Assembly: GCA_964016885.1 (NCBI GenBank)
Contig: OZ024742.1
Coordinates: 55,428,001 to 55,492,000, forward strand
Direction of reading: 5' to 3'
Origin: Eledone cirrhosa
Lineage: Eukaryota
Length of the DNA: 64,000 bases
Shown here: piece after piece, positions 1 to 13,330 of the stretch
Numbering within the stretch: position 1 is the first letter of the stretch
How the letters are laid out: each line of letters begins with the position of its first letter
Notes under the pieces: generated by a model
What the model was told of the DNA's origin: nothing
The model's database searches: none
Seen by the model: only the letters and a program-made list of their open reading frames with translations
Translations under genes and position numbers: made by a program

Positions 1-272
1 GCTACAGCGTGTGTCGCTGATAATGTTCCAGCATCCTAGTCACAATGCTGGTTTCTTACAGTCTCTCATTGCTGTCTTTCTTAGTGCATTGTTTACAGCG
101 CACGATTCAGAATATTTGTATCCTTAGGCCCAACGCACGCAATTGAACAGGTGTGATGTAACTGGACAGCACATAACTGGCTGGCTTCTGCCAGGCTTGA
201 GATGGGCGGTAGCTGTCCAGTGAGGCACGATCGATTCTCACTATCTCATTTAAACGCACACACATGTGTATA

Positions 273-342
<70 letters not shown>

Positions 343-426
343 AAGTTATATTTAAAATTGTTGGGTTACAACTAGTAAATATTTATAACTGATATAAAAG
401 CACTCGACAAATATTTGGAGTATATT

Positions 427-749
427 TACAATATTAAATAAATGGAAAACTATATTTATAAAACCATATCTATTTCATTATATATATTTCGGGGATATCA
501 TATTAACAATATGCTATGCCTTCATCAGACAAAATACAATATAAACAGTTTTATAGATAAATATATTCGACATACCGTAATAAACATCAACTTCATTTGA
601 AGAGGTTTACGCTAGCAGTGAAAATCTATAAAACTGTTTATATTGTATTTTGTCTGATGAAGGCATAGCATATTGTTAATATGATATCCCCGAAATATAT
701 ATAATGAAATAGATATGGTTTTATAAATATAGTTTTCCATTTATTTAAT

Positions 750-755
<6 letters not shown>
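427..755. repeat. Inverted repeat (arms ~427-558 / 624-755) between (TA)n tracts; PLE pLTR-like foldback
   Basis: Arms are reverse complements; each arm carries an HHR motif. Confidence 0.9.
648..710 (+). ncRNA. Type I hammerhead ribozyme-like motif (inverted copy at ~473-535)
   Basis: CTGATGA(654)-AGGCATAGCATATT gtt AATATGATATCCCC-GAAA(692)-TATA-TA; stem II pairs; stem I weak. Confidence 0.6.
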
Positions 756-788
<33 letters not shown>

Positions 789-806
789 TTATGTATATAT
801 TCTAAT

Positions 807-903
<97 letters not shown>

Positions 904-1035
904 TGGATGAGAGGAAGATTGTGTGGTCACTGATAACGGGTGTTAGGAGGTAAGCAGACACAAACAAGATATGGACAGTCAACCTTCGTCAGCAGTTAAC
1001 TACGGATCACAGATGTTTCGGCGCATTATTATTAT

Positions 1036-1200
1036 TGGTAGAAGGTCGGACGCCATGCTTTGCAGCATAGAGTGACGGCCCTTTATGATCTGAGTTCAAA
1101 TCCCACCGAGGTTAATTTTGCCTTTCATCATTACTGGTACATAAAGTACCAGTAATGCACTGGAATAATTGCTGGCCTTGTGCCAAAACAAGAAACAATT
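1036..1200 (+). mobile_element. tRNA-type SINE (octopus-like family)
   Basis: B-box GAGTTCAAATCCC followed by ...GAGGTTAATTTTGCCTTTCATC...AAGTACCAGT...GGCCTTGTGCCAAAA; several copies in window. Confidence 0.75.
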
Positions 1201-1784
1201 ATGAACTATACGTCTCCACGTAGCGCGCCCATAGTCTTTTATCTATCAAAAGGCCACGAGGGAGAGAAAGAAAAGAATAAAGAGAGAAGAAAAAAGGAAA
1301 ACAAAAAAAAACCTAGCGAGAGAAGGGGGAACACGAGACAATGGTACATGTAAGCAAGTAAACGAGAGAATGGAGATCAAGTTAAAAAAAGCCGTTGGGT
1401 TTAAGCCCGGGGCAATAATAACACAACTTAGGTATCCCATGTCTATCCCCAATGAAATCGCAACAGAAAGAGAGAAAGACGGAGGAAACGAAAGCGAGAG
1501 GGTGTAGAAGGCAGAAGGGGTGAGTGAGGAGGATAGAGAGAGAGAGGGAGAAGGAGGGAAAGAGAGTTAATCCAAACTGGTGTAGGACGCACGTGGACAG
1601 ACAACCAAGCGAGATCGATAGAGAGAAAGAAAGCGAAGGTCACAGCAGTAAATATAAAAATATGGATGAGAGGAGGGCTGTGTGGTTACTAATAACGGGT
1701 GTTAGGAGGTAAAGAGACACAAACATGATGTAGACAGTCTCCCTTCGTCAGTAAAGTACAGATCATGGATGTTTCAGCGCATTG

Positions 1785-1970
1785 GTAGATTGGCAGTATA
1801 GGTTGAGGGTCGGACGCCATGCTTTCCAGCATAGTTACGTCCATTTACGATCTGAGTTCAAATCCCGCCGAGGTTGACTTTGCCTTTCATCCTTACGGGG
1901 TCGATAAAATAAAGTACCAGTAATGCACTGGGTATTTGCTGGCCTTGTGCCAAAAGTAGAAACAATTATT
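1785..1970 (+). mobile_element. tRNA-type SINE, same family
   Basis: GAGTTCAAATCCCGCCGAGGTTGACTTTGCCTTTCATCCTTACGGGGTCGATAAAATAAAGTACCAG. Confidence 0.8.
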
Positions 1971-2490
1971 AACTATACAGCTATCCGTAGCGTGCCCATA
2001 GCCTATTATCTATCAAAATGCCATGAGGGAGAGAAAGAAAAGAAGAAAGAGGGAAGAAAAAAAGGAAAAAAGGATAAAAAGAAGAAAGACAGGAAAAAAG
2101 GAAAATAAAACCTACCGATAGAAGGAGGAACATTGGACAGTGGTACATGTAAGCAAATAACCGAGAGAATGGAGATCAAGTTAAAAAAGTCGTTTGGTTT
2201 AAGCCCGGGGCATTTATGTATTCATGGTCTCAAGAGCATATATATACATATATATGTATGTCTGTGTATATATATATATATGTATGTCTGTATATATATA
2301 TATATGTGTATGTATGTCTGTATATATGTATATATGTGTATGTATGTCTGTATATATATATATGTATGTATGTCTGTATATATATATATGTATGTATGTC
2401 TGTATATATATGTATGTATGTATGTCTGTATATATATATATGTATGTATGTCTGTATATATATATGTGTATGTATGTGTATGTATGTATG

Positions 2491-2521
<31 letters not shown>

Positions 2522-2582
2522 ATATATATATATGTATGTATGTATGTATGTGTGTATATCTATATGTATATATATCTATATG

Positions 2583-2992
2583 TCCGGGAGAGATGACCCC
2601 TTAGCCTTTGTCAAGGCAGAATTCTAGGAGAAGGAAAACTCTGATATAACACCTGCAACCCTGATGGTATCCAATGATGTTGACTTGTTCTTCTTTTTGG
2701 TAAATATCATCTTGGTTAAGAGAGTGGGACTGGCTTTGTGCAGTGCCTTTGCTCACTATAAAAGCTTCACGGCACAGGCATTGCTTTATATCTGGAGATC
2801 TCTCTGCATTTGTCGTCACATGGTACCATGGGCCCAGCACTGTGTCAATAATTGTCACAAGTGTAGTGTTTGTACCAGAGCTTTCAAGTCGCTGGCTGGA
2901 CTAAAAAGTCACACTCGTTCAGCGCATCAGTAGGGGTTCTCCTACATGGATATAAAGTAGTGGCCGTACTCGAAAACGAGTTGGCAGCCACC

Positions 2993-2995
<3 letters not shown>
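2583..2995 (+). mobile_element. Short RTE-LINE-derived element (5' part joined to 3' C2H2 zinc-finger remnant)
   Basis: 5' CTAGGAGAAGGAAAACTCTG motif shared with 3264-3440 and 10324-10575; ORF 2664-2933 ends in CSVCTRAFKSLAGLKSHTRSAH. Confidence 0.55.
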
Positions 2996-3027
<32 letters not shown>

Positions 3028-3207
3028 AATGTACGGTCCCGATCGCGGTACCAAACGCTTTCGGGTTGTGTGTTCAGCAATCCGAAACCGCTAAGCACCG
3101 CGGACGGGTTTTTACACATCTCTCTAACTACATTATATTTCCCATGTATTGAGTACTGCCATGTCTCCCCTGTCTCAGCACCGCCACATACCCCACTCTC
3201 TCTCTCT

Positions 3208-3263
<56 letters not shown>

Positions 3264-3264
<1 letters not shown>

Positions 3265-3440
3265 AAAGATCAATATCATCGGTAACTACTGAGCCACAGG
3301 TTTTATATCGGAGTTAACCTAGTTTCCTGAGTTGCCTTCTCCTAGAAGAATGTCCTGACAAATGTTAGGGGTCCTTCACTCCAAGTAGATTAACCGCGCG
3401 ATCGGGTATCCAGCCCGATTATTTCTTTGTCGCCGCGCAT
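3264..3440 (-). mobile_element. RTE-related short repeat (5' part)
   Basis: Reverse complement of 10324-10500. Confidence 0.6.
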
Positions 3441-3510
3441 AGACATACACATGTACATACACATTCATGCATGTATAATAATATATACATACACACACAC
3501 GCACACACAC

Positions 3511-3582
<72 letters not shown>

Positions 3583-3616
3583 CGTAGACATACGATGCAA
3601 CAGGAGGTAACAATAG

Positions 3617-3660
3617 CACCACTGACGAGTTGCAGATGTGCAACGAAAGAACTTTGATAG
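3617..3660 (+). ncRNA. Hammerhead ribozyme motif, family A
   Basis: CTGACGA(3622)-GTTGCA gatg TGCAAC-GAAA-GAAC-TT-TG; perfect 6-bp stem II. Confidence 0.65.
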
Positions 3661-3960
3661 ACTAGATATATGTGTTTGTGTCTATATTGTATCTGTATTT
3701 TTGACCGAAAAAATGGCAACATTGAGGAAAAATTAAATTAACCGATATAAAAGACACAGAAGCGAAAAGCCACACAAGAGCAAGAATGATGGGTTCATTC
3801 TACTGTCATTCTACTGTCATTCTACTGTCATGGCTTTAACAATGAGGCGTGTTTGAATAATTGCAAATGTATCGAATGTTATTATTAATATTCGAAGAAC
3901 TCAGATTACATTTATACTGATGTATGTATGTTCTTCTGGTTTTATATTCTTATAAATTTC

Positions 3961-4010
<50 letters not shown>

Positions 4011-4014
<4 letters not shown>

Positions 4015-4956
4015 TACTTTGGGAGGGCCATGTTGCCAACAAGAAACACACGCACCAGTTCCTTTCACTTCAATTTATTATAATAAATTTATAAATTTCC
4101 GGTTGGTTGGTTGGTTCCATAATCAGATGGTTGTTTATATATTGTCAAAGTTCTTTCGTCACACATTCTGTGACCACTTCAGTGACTGGGGATTCTTTTC
4201 TTTGTTTTTGTGCCTCTCCTTTGTTCTGTCCTACGCCATTTTGTTACTGTGTGTGTGTTGTGTGCTCAGTCTGCGCATGCGCCACATCCGGGTGTCTGTG
4301 TGTGTTTATATTCGTTTATTTATTTGTTTATTTACATGTTAAAGGTTGGTTGTTTGTTCTATGTGCGTGTGTGTTTTCATTTTGTCCTTAATTGTAAGTT
4401 GTGATGTTGCTGTTCCACTCATATTTTCTATTTAATTTTGGTTGTAATTCTTAAATCACAGAGGCAATAAACATTAAAAAAAAAAACCCAAAACATAAAA
4501 GAATTACAACCAAAATTAAATAGAACATATGAGTGGAACAGCAACATCACAACTTACAATTAAGGACAAAATGAAAACACACACGCAAATAGAATAAACA
4601 ACCAACCTGTAACATGTAAATAAACAAATAAATAAACGAATATAAACACACACAGACACCCGGATGTGGCGCATGCGCAGACTGACCACACAACACACAC
4701 ATAGAAACAAAATGGCGTAGAACAGAACAAAGGAGAGGCACAAAAACAAAGAAAAGAATCCCCAGTCACTGAAGAGGTCACAGAATGTGTGACGAAAGAA
4801 CTTTGACAATATATAAACAACCATCTGATTATGGAACCAACCAACCAACCGGAAATTTATAAATTCCTAAATTTATGAATTTATTATAATAAATTGAAGT
4901 GAAAGCAACTGGTGCGTGTGTTTCTTGTTGGCAACATGGCCCTCCCAAAGTATAAC
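4011..4956. repeat. ~945 bp foldback element (arms ~4011-4452 / ~4500-4956), (TA)n-flanked
   Basis: Near-identical reverse-complement arms; related sequence at 3580-3725 and 17150-17570. Confidence 0.95.
4765..4807 (+). ncRNA. Hammerhead ribozyme motif, family A (inverted copy 4144-4186 with A9>T)
   Basis: GTCA-CTGAAGA-G-GTCACA gaatg TGTGAC-GAAA-GAAC-TT-TGAC; stems I and II pair. Confidence 0.7.
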
Positions 4957-5015
4957 AATATCGGTTTCAACACACGTTTTCAGATAAAGAATCTTGCCAA
5001 GCAAATTCAGAAACG

Positions 5016-5134
<119 letters not shown>

Positions 5135-6041
5135 TATATATATTAGAATTGGTACTCTAAAATAGCGAAATATATATGAATGTATATATATACTGTATTT
5201 TGCAATACACTGTATGCTTAATTACGAGAACTTAATTAACAAAAAAAGTGAATTATTCTCAAACGGCCTTCATAAAGCTTTGTCTACATTCCACGCCTCA
5301 CATAAGACCGGGAAAAATCAATAAGCAACGATGCCTGTTTTTAGACGTACATCATCAACTATTGAAATTATAAATCTTAATGGCTTATAAAACTTTAATA
5401 TTGCTTTATCTTCTAATCATCTGTAAAGGAAATAACGTTTGAATGAATGACATTTGTTTAATAACATGCTGGCACGTTGATATACATAACATATGGCTTT
5501 TTTGATATTATTAACTTTGATCCAGACCTTTATGTCTATATCTTTATTTTTTCTATCTCTGTTTTAAATATAGTTTAAATATCTAACCTGTAAATTTTTA
5601 CGGACGCTATTTTGAACTGTTGATCATTCATGCGTTTACATTTTTTGTTATATATATGTATGTATTTTATAGTTATGCATGTATGAATTTATTATCTAAG
5701 ATTATAATCGTTTTCCTTTACCAAAAGAATACTGTCTCATTAATACTTAGTATATCTCTATATATGTAGTTTTTTGCAAATATGTTTATATTGTATATTA
5801 ACATAATCTTAATTATAGTTAGGTATATCTCTGTATATAGTTTTGTGCATTTAGTTTTATAATGTATAATAACTTAATCATAATTATTGTTCGGTATAAA
5901 GTTATATATTGGTTGTGCAAATTTTGTGTAATAGCATAATCATAATTTACAGTTCGTTCTTCCCTTGAAGGTAGAACTAATATAATGATTTAATATATTA
6001 TAACAAATTGATAAGTTATAGTCCTCTTATTATGATAAATG

Positions 6042-6127
<86 letters not shown>

Positions 6128-6819
6128 GCTGAAAACTCTGCGTTAATTATTATACTTTAGACAATATATCTATTTAACAATAAATTCGTTGATATGTATA
6201 ACAGCAAGTACTTCATAAATTATACATACCGAAAATGTTGACACTGTTACAAGTAATTTTCTTAAAGTTTACCATTGTGTGAATATAGAACAGTGTACAT
6301 TTTTCTTTCGCGAGCCTAGTAAATCCTTTTAATTTTGTTTTCATAAAACTTCGAATTTAGAAATGTAACACATTTATGAAATTTATAAAATTAATACAAA
6401 TAACCATCAACTTTGAAAACCTATAATTTTGATTCTTCACCCTAAAATAACATAAATTAAATATTTTGAAATTTAACCGCCAAGTTTATATGTGTCCGAT
6501 GCAAATTTGTGCATAAATTACTCCCCTTTATCTCTCCCTCTCTTTAATTATCTATCAGTTGCTTTCTCAAGCCAAAATCGTAAAAAATTATAACTCAAGA
6601 GATGTCTTCCTCTATAATCCTAATGTAGTATCCCAGATTTTAAAAACTCTATAACTGTTACATTAAAGCAATGTTTTTCTTACTCACACCTTCTCTATTG
6701 ATTCTATTACGTTTTCGCATGTTCTCATTATTAGGGTATAACTATTGAGTTTTCTCAGAAGTTAATCACTACATTGATTAAATCTTAACCATCTTACATC
6801 TCAGGGTATGTCATGTATC

Positions 6820-6890
6820 ATTTTATTTAATCTGATGAGGACGTACTGTTGAACCTGATTCAAGTACGTCTGAAACATGTATAATACAAT
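6820..6890 (+). ncRNA. Hammerhead ribozyme motif
   Basis: CTGATGA(6832)-GGACGTAC tg TTGAA cctga TTCAA GTACGTCT-GAAA-CATG-TA; palindromic stem III; stem I poor. Confidence 0.65.
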
Positions 6891-7951
6891 TTAATTGATC
6901 AGAAGAACATCTATTTTGTTAATATTTGAATTTAATATATATAAATATATATAGAGAGAGAATTAGTATATCTACCAACATATGCGTACAGATGTACACT
7001 AATGCTAGCAAATAGATAAGTTATGTCATAGTACCTAGGTGGTTAAATGCAGGAGGATGCAGAACAATTATATGAAAGACGTAAAATAAGAAAATTTTAA
7101 AAATTAAAAATTAACTTACTTACTATATATATATATATTTGAAATGGTAAGTTTTTGCGTATGCTTGTGTATGTATGTATTTGTTTGCGTGTATGTATTT
7201 ATTTATTTCTATTACTTCTGTATTGTATTTATTTACTTTGTTCTTAACTCTGTAGCCGAGATTCATTCGGTCTCCTAGTTAGAATGTTAGTCTACGACTT
7301 CTGCTATACCATTTACGCGGTTTTGTCTTTGCGTGCTATTGTTCTCCACGCACCACATATGACGTATTATCTTCGTTTTTTTCGTTCATTGCCAGAGAAT
7401 GTCTCTATGAACCACCTAAGAGAATATTAGTCTACGAATTCTTTTATACCATAAACGTGGTTCTGTCTTTGCGCGTAATTGTTTTTCACCGCTCCTATTA
7501 ATGACGTATTATATTCGTTTTTTCCCGTTCTTTGCCAGCGAACGTTTCCACGAACCAAAGTATCGTCTTCCTGTCCTCCTCCGGTTGCAAAGTTTTTTGA
7601 AATATCCAGTTCTGCGTTTACAGATTGACTTTGTTAGTTTCAGAAGATCCCGTTAAGGGTGAAAGCAGCGATTCTTTGCTTAAACTTTAATGTGTTATTT
7701 TAATAAATATTTGCTCTACGGTTCTTATATAGTTGATATATATTTATGCTTATCGAGCCCTCTTTGGATTTTAATCTTCAAATTTATTATTATTACTATT
7801 ATATATATAAGAAAAAGTAGGACCCCGACGGCTGAGCTCAAGCCGTCGGTGTCCTACTTCTTCTTATTACCCACTCTACTACCCTAAGTATTGAGTACTT
7901 TGGTACGTTATGGTCCACCTGGTTCCTTACCACATTTCCTCCGTTATATAT

Positions 7952-8065
<114 letters not shown>

Positions 8066-8116
8066 AAAATTAATTGAAAATACTACTTGATTCTTTTAAT
8101 AATATCTATTTATTTT

Positions 8117-8152
8117 CTTTACCAGTTTCACAGTTCTTATGATTTTCAAAAG
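8117..8152 (-). ncRNA. Degenerate U3:A8 hammerhead, family B
   Basis: Minus strand CTT-TTGAAAA-TCATAAGAACTGT-GAAA-CTGG-TA-AAG; homologous to 14789-14826. Confidence 0.45.
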
Positions 8153-8246
8153 TAAGATTGAGATGGCGAGTTACTGTTTCTGTTGTCGTTTGTCTGGCAT
8201 ATATGCATACACACACACACACACTCACACACACACACACATATAT

Positions 8247-8604
8247 ATATTATATACTAAATTGAGAGACACCTGTTTTCTATTAGTTTACTCCGATACA
8301 ACTTTTTCACAAGTTTCATTTCTTTTAATATATCATGTTTTAATCATCATTTGTATACTCTATCTTAGCTAGTGTACAACAAATAAAGCATAATGATATG
8401 TAACATATATTAACACCGTATATCTACATACACGGTGTTAATATATGTTACATATCATTATGCTTTATTTGTTGTACACTAGCTAAGATAGAGTATACAA
8501 ATGATGATTAAAACATGATATATTAAAAGAAATGAAACTTGTGAAAAAGTTGTATCGGAGTAAACTAATAGAAAACAGGTGTCTCTCAATTTAGTATATA
8601 ATAT
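8247..8604. repeat. Near-perfect ~355 bp palindrome (12-nt spacer at ~8420-8431)
   Basis: Arms are reverse complements; an outer imperfect IR pairs ~8157-8240 with ~8760-8836. Confidence 0.95.
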
Positions 8605-8730
8605 GAGTCTCTATCGACCAAACAATACAACTAAAGTTGTTTTGTGAATGACAAAGATTAGCATTTATCAAAACAACAAACTTAATGGTGAGTGTGTATG
8701 TGTGTGTTTGTTTGTGTGTGTGTGTGTGTG

Positions 8731-8773
<43 letters not shown>

Positions 8774-9426
8774 ATGTGTGTGTGTGTGCATATATGATAG
8801 ACAAACCACAATAGAAACCTAAACTCGCCATCTCAATTGTGTGTGTTGGCCATTAATGTGTTCTGTCGAATAGGCTGCCCACGAAATTAACGTGCAGATT
8901 GCAGACTAATCAGTAGACACCTGTGGCGTTGAGCTGGTTCTATGACGTAATTCAGCGTGGCATATACTATGATATGGCTGCTCCTTTAAATAGTAATACG
9001 AGTGTTTTTTTCTCAAATTGGGGGCACTGGAGAAGCTTGAAATAAAATGTCTTGCTTACGGAATAAATGAACTGCCAATAATCGAACTTACATGTTTACA
9101 AATATTATCCAGTAAGACTTCAGTGAGTAACAGTAATATATTTGATATGTACCCGTTTAAATTTCTCTCTTCATTTCTTCTAAGATCTCTAAAAATATAC
9201 TTCTTGGCATGTTCCAAATATGCAGATTACTTACGTTTCTAAATGTTTTTTTAATTAATAGAAAACATTTTAGTTATATCACACAAAACAATACGTAGCC
9301 TCTTATCTCTGTCGCTGGTTTCAAAAGCAAATGTCTGTATTACTTTATATATGTCTGCCCGCTCTTAAGCATGTACACATACATGCAGGTATCTTTCAAT
9401 GTATGTATATCTGAACATATGCAGCC

Positions 9427-9524
<98 letters not shown>

Positions 9525-9675
9525 ATATGCTTCTGGTTTTAAAATTTCACAAATTTTTGCGAATATATAGAGAGTCGGTTTCTAACATAGAGAGTCGGTT
9601 TCTATACAAGACGCTCTCATTGGAATTTACATAACATTAACTAGGTAGATAAGTATGCATTACTGCATAAGGAGT

Positions 9676-9863
9676 ACCAACAGTACGAAACAGAGATCTG
9701 TCAGCTTATCTCCCTTTGTTTGCTGAAAAAAGAAGTAAGTGACATGGTCACTGCTTTAAAACAATAGCCTAAGGTCTTCAAAATGCTTTTAATTAAGCAT
9801 ACAGTATATTGCAAAATACACTATATATACATTCAGATATATTTCGCTATTTCAGAGTACCAA

Positions 9864-9870
<7 letters not shown>
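9676..9870 (+). repeat. Copy of the 38.6-39.35 kb HHR repeat family C (5'-truncated through the HHR)
   Basis: GTACCAACAGTAC-GAAA-CAGAGATCTG-TC-AGCTT plus downstream homology; another fragment at 5142-5225. Confidence 0.75.
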
Positions 9871-9915
<45 letters not shown>

Positions 9916-10146
9916 CATGTAGAAATTTATAAGATTATAAAACCAGAAGAACATACATAAATACATGAGTATAAATGTAATCCGAGTTTTTCGAATATTA
10001 ATAATAACATTCGATACGTTTGCAATTATGCAAACACACCTCATTTTTAAATCCATGTCAGTAGAATGAACCCTTCATTATTGCTCTTATGTTGGCATGT
10101 AAACAGAACTGTAGACACTAATGTTTCTGGGTATCACCCTTCATCA

Positions 10147-10227
<81 letters not shown>

Positions 10228-10228
10228 A

Positions 10229-10260
<32 letters not shown>

Positions 10261-10323
10261 ATGTGTGTGTGTGTGTATAAGTATATACATGTATGAATGT
10301 GTATGTATATGTGTATGTATATG

Positions 10324-10575
10324 CGCGGCGACAAAGAAATAATCGAGCTGGATACCCGATCGCGCGGTTAATCCACTGGGAGTGAAGGACCCCTAACCTT
10401 TGTCAGGGCAATCTTCTAGGAGAAGGCAACTAAGGAAACTAGGTTAACTCCGATATAAAACCTTGTGGCTCAGTAGTTACCTATGATATTGATCTTTTCT
10501 TCTTTTCGGGTTATAGGAATTGTCGCTCAAATAGTGGGATTGGCTCAGCGCACAGTCTTTCCTCACTTTAAAAAA
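10324..10575 (+). mobile_element. RTE-related short repeat
   Basis: GACCCCTAACCTTTGTCAGGGCAATCTTCTAGGAGAAGGCAAC; homologous to 2593-2760 and 3264-3440. Confidence 0.6.
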
Positions 10576-10679
10576 ATCTTCACGCACGGTCATAGCACGA
10601 TAGCATTAATTGATAATCATTAATAATGTGATATCGTGCAATGGCCATACTCAATAACGAGAAGGCTCTTATGTCTGTA

Positions 10680-11160
10680 TGTTTGTATGTATGTTCTTCT
10701 GGTTTTATAGTCTTATAAATTGTTACCAATAGAGAGAGAGAGTCGGTTTCTAAGGTAGACATAAAACTCTGTCATTGGAATTTAATCAACATCAACTAGG
10801 TAGATATGTATGCACGTCTGTATGCGTCTGTGTGTGAGCAGGTATGGACGTTATTGTATGAGTGATATGTTAAGTTTTGTGTTATATGTCTGTATGTGCA
10901 TATGATTTGTATCTGTTCATGCATACATGCAGTAATTGCATGCAGAAATTCCGGAATGTTTTACATATTTTTACTGTTCCATTAATAGATTTTAATTGTA
11001 ATTTCTTAACTAGTCGTATTTTTTCTGGTTCTGTGAAGACCAGCTTCTTAAGATTTGTATTGAAGCAGTTACTAATATATCCCAGTTATAAATCTGAAGG
11101 TATCGTCAGGGTGTAGATTCCTCATCAGTTCTGCATAGGTATTCTCATTTTTGCTAACCT
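10680..11160 (-). mobile_element. 3' fragment of the RLE LINE family seen at 34.3-38.07 kb
   Basis: Reverse complement resembles 37600-38068; a shorter piece lies at 9525-9660. Confidence 0.7.
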
Positions 11161-12347
11161 TTAATATTATATTGTATTATATTTATTTTATATGTATGTA
11201 TATATATATGTATGTATGTATGAATGCATGTATGTATGCATGTATGAATGTATATATGTATGTATGTTTGTATGTTGTATGCATATATGCATTGATGTAT
11301 GTATGTTTGTATGCATGTATGCATGTATGTATGCATGCATGTATATATATATGTATATATGTATGTATGCACTAACGTATGCAAGCTTGTATACCCTCAC
11401 TTATCTTTGCACCTGTTGAATGCCAGCACCTATGTAGAGTTGTATGCACTTATGTATCTATTTGTATATTAATTGATTAGAAATCAACAAATGTAAAGGT
11501 TGATAACATAAGCGTCAACAACACAAAATATGACAATCGTACATTTCTTCTTTTTGCGTCATTAGGCCAGAGTGGAATTATGGAAAAGGAAATTATATAA
11601 AATAGAGGAAAATGAATGCCATAGATTTTCAAACGTGGGTTAATCGTTCCAATCTCATAATGATCTATTGGAAAATGATAGCGCTTATGTAAAGGATAAA
11701 TGTAAAATTGCAGCAATTACTGAAAGGCCGCTCATATTTGAAGCAATTAAGTAAACGTATTTATATATAATATACTATTTAAGATGAATTAATTCAAAAA
11801 TTAAAATATGTAAACATAATGAAACCAGGTGAAACAATTATGTCGCCTTATTGGTAAACGTATCGCCATCTAACTAATGCGTACATTATCAAATTAAACG
11901 ACCAAATTAATGAAATATATATACACTACAAATAATATATAATTTTGATTAATATGTTTTCCTGTGAATATTAGACGCAAAAGTTTCCGAAGAAACATTT
12001 ACTATTTAGGAAGATTTGAATAGATTTTAAGCTACTCTATCGACCATGTTTTAGCTCTGAGTAAGTGTACTAGCGAATTAAGGTTAGATGATAAAATATG
12101 TATTTTATCATTAATTCCTTTTTATAAACTTAATACGTTTTGAGACTATACTTTTAGACACTTTTAATTGACCTACTTTAATTTAACTGTCACTCTAATT
12201 CCTCAATGATATGGCTATAATAGGGTAACATGCCAAATCTTTATTGTTCCCAGGTTTTATGTTCGGGGTGCTATTTCACTTTAAACCTTACCCAATATAT
12301 ATATGTATATATATATAAATATATAAATATATATATATATATGTATG

Positions 12348-12436
<89 letters not shown>

Positions 12437-12503
12437 CGAAGGAAAAGTGGTAAGGAACCAGGTGGACCATAACGCACCAAAGTACTCAATACTTACTTGT
12501 TCC

Positions 12504-12535
<32 letters not shown>

Positions 12536-13129
12536 ACAATAATACACATAGCCTGAAGATGATTCCAACCAATACCCTATGGCTTGTGTAGGATGTTTAG
12601 TAGGATGTTTAGGATGTTTAGTGTGTGCGGTGTTTATATATATATATATATATATATATAATTTACAATTGTCGCATTGTCATATGCAGTATTCTTGTTT
12701 ACATACAATTCTGGAGTCATAGTTGTGTTAAACAATTGTAAGAAAAGCGTGTGTTCGGCTATTGTCAATTCTGACAACGATTGTCCCAGTTGTACGCACA
12801 ATAGAATAGCTACTTGTGTAATTAACCCTTTCGTTGCCATGATTAAATACTGACTACTATTTTCAAATCGCTTGAAAAACAAATACAATATCTTGGTCAA
12901 GGTTTCAATGCACAACAGGATAACCTGGCATCCATAACCATCATAAATCAACAATCCTAATTACCCAGCCACGAAATTGCTCAGGAAATATCCATTCAGC
13001 TTTTTCTTTTAAACCCGTAATGCCTGGGAAATCGTAGGAGCGCCATATAGAAATACGGTGTTTCTTGGCGATTTTTAAACACTAGCAGAGCCAATCTTCT
13101 CTTCAGGTCTAAACAGCAGATTCTTTTAG

Positions 13130-13330
13130 AGAAGTATTGGCAGCGGGGGGAAGTGAGACAGAGATATGGAGGTACAGTTGACCCCAGTTCGAAACCGATA
13201 CTTTTTTTTTATCGACGTCGGAATGATGATAAGCAAAGTTGACCAAAGTGGGATTTGGATTCAGGGAGACGGAAAGAATACCATACAACATTTTATCTAA
13301 CACTTGGACGAGTCTGCTACTTCGCCACCG
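13130..13330 (-). mobile_element. Degenerate tRNA-type SINE
   Basis: TTTTATCGAC...GCAAAGTTGACC...GGATTTGGATTCAG resembles the reverse complement of the 1785-1970 SINE. Confidence 0.5.

Larger units (their letters stand above)
898..2212. repeat. Diverged tandem duplication, ~760 bp period, each unit containing a SINE
   Basis: AAATATGGATGAGAGGA at ~899 and ~1658; TTAAGCCCGGGGCA ends at ~1413 and ~2212. Confidence 0.85.

Noticed and set aside
161-221. Hairpin ACTGGACAGC/GCTGTCCAGT with an inner CTGGC/GCCAG stem
   Set aside because: No ribozyme core recognised; probably a retroelement UTR cut by the window edge
3030-3108. tRNA-like GC-rich stretch on the minus strand
   Set aside because: No T-loop or B-box, and no consistent cloverleaf
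4955-4990. Minus-strand CTGAAAA...GAAACCGATA (related copy ~17525-17555)
   Set aside because: C3:A8 mismatch, weak stems, and the core is not conserved in the second copy
7640-7672. CAGAAGA-TCCC gttaa GGGT-GAAA-GCAGC
   Set aside because: Core and cleavage triplet are mutated; at best a dead HHR
13047-13112. Minus-strand CTGAAGA...TTGGC/GCCAA-GAAA-CACCG-TA
   Set aside because: 5-nt insertion before stem II and poor stem I; too degenerate to call
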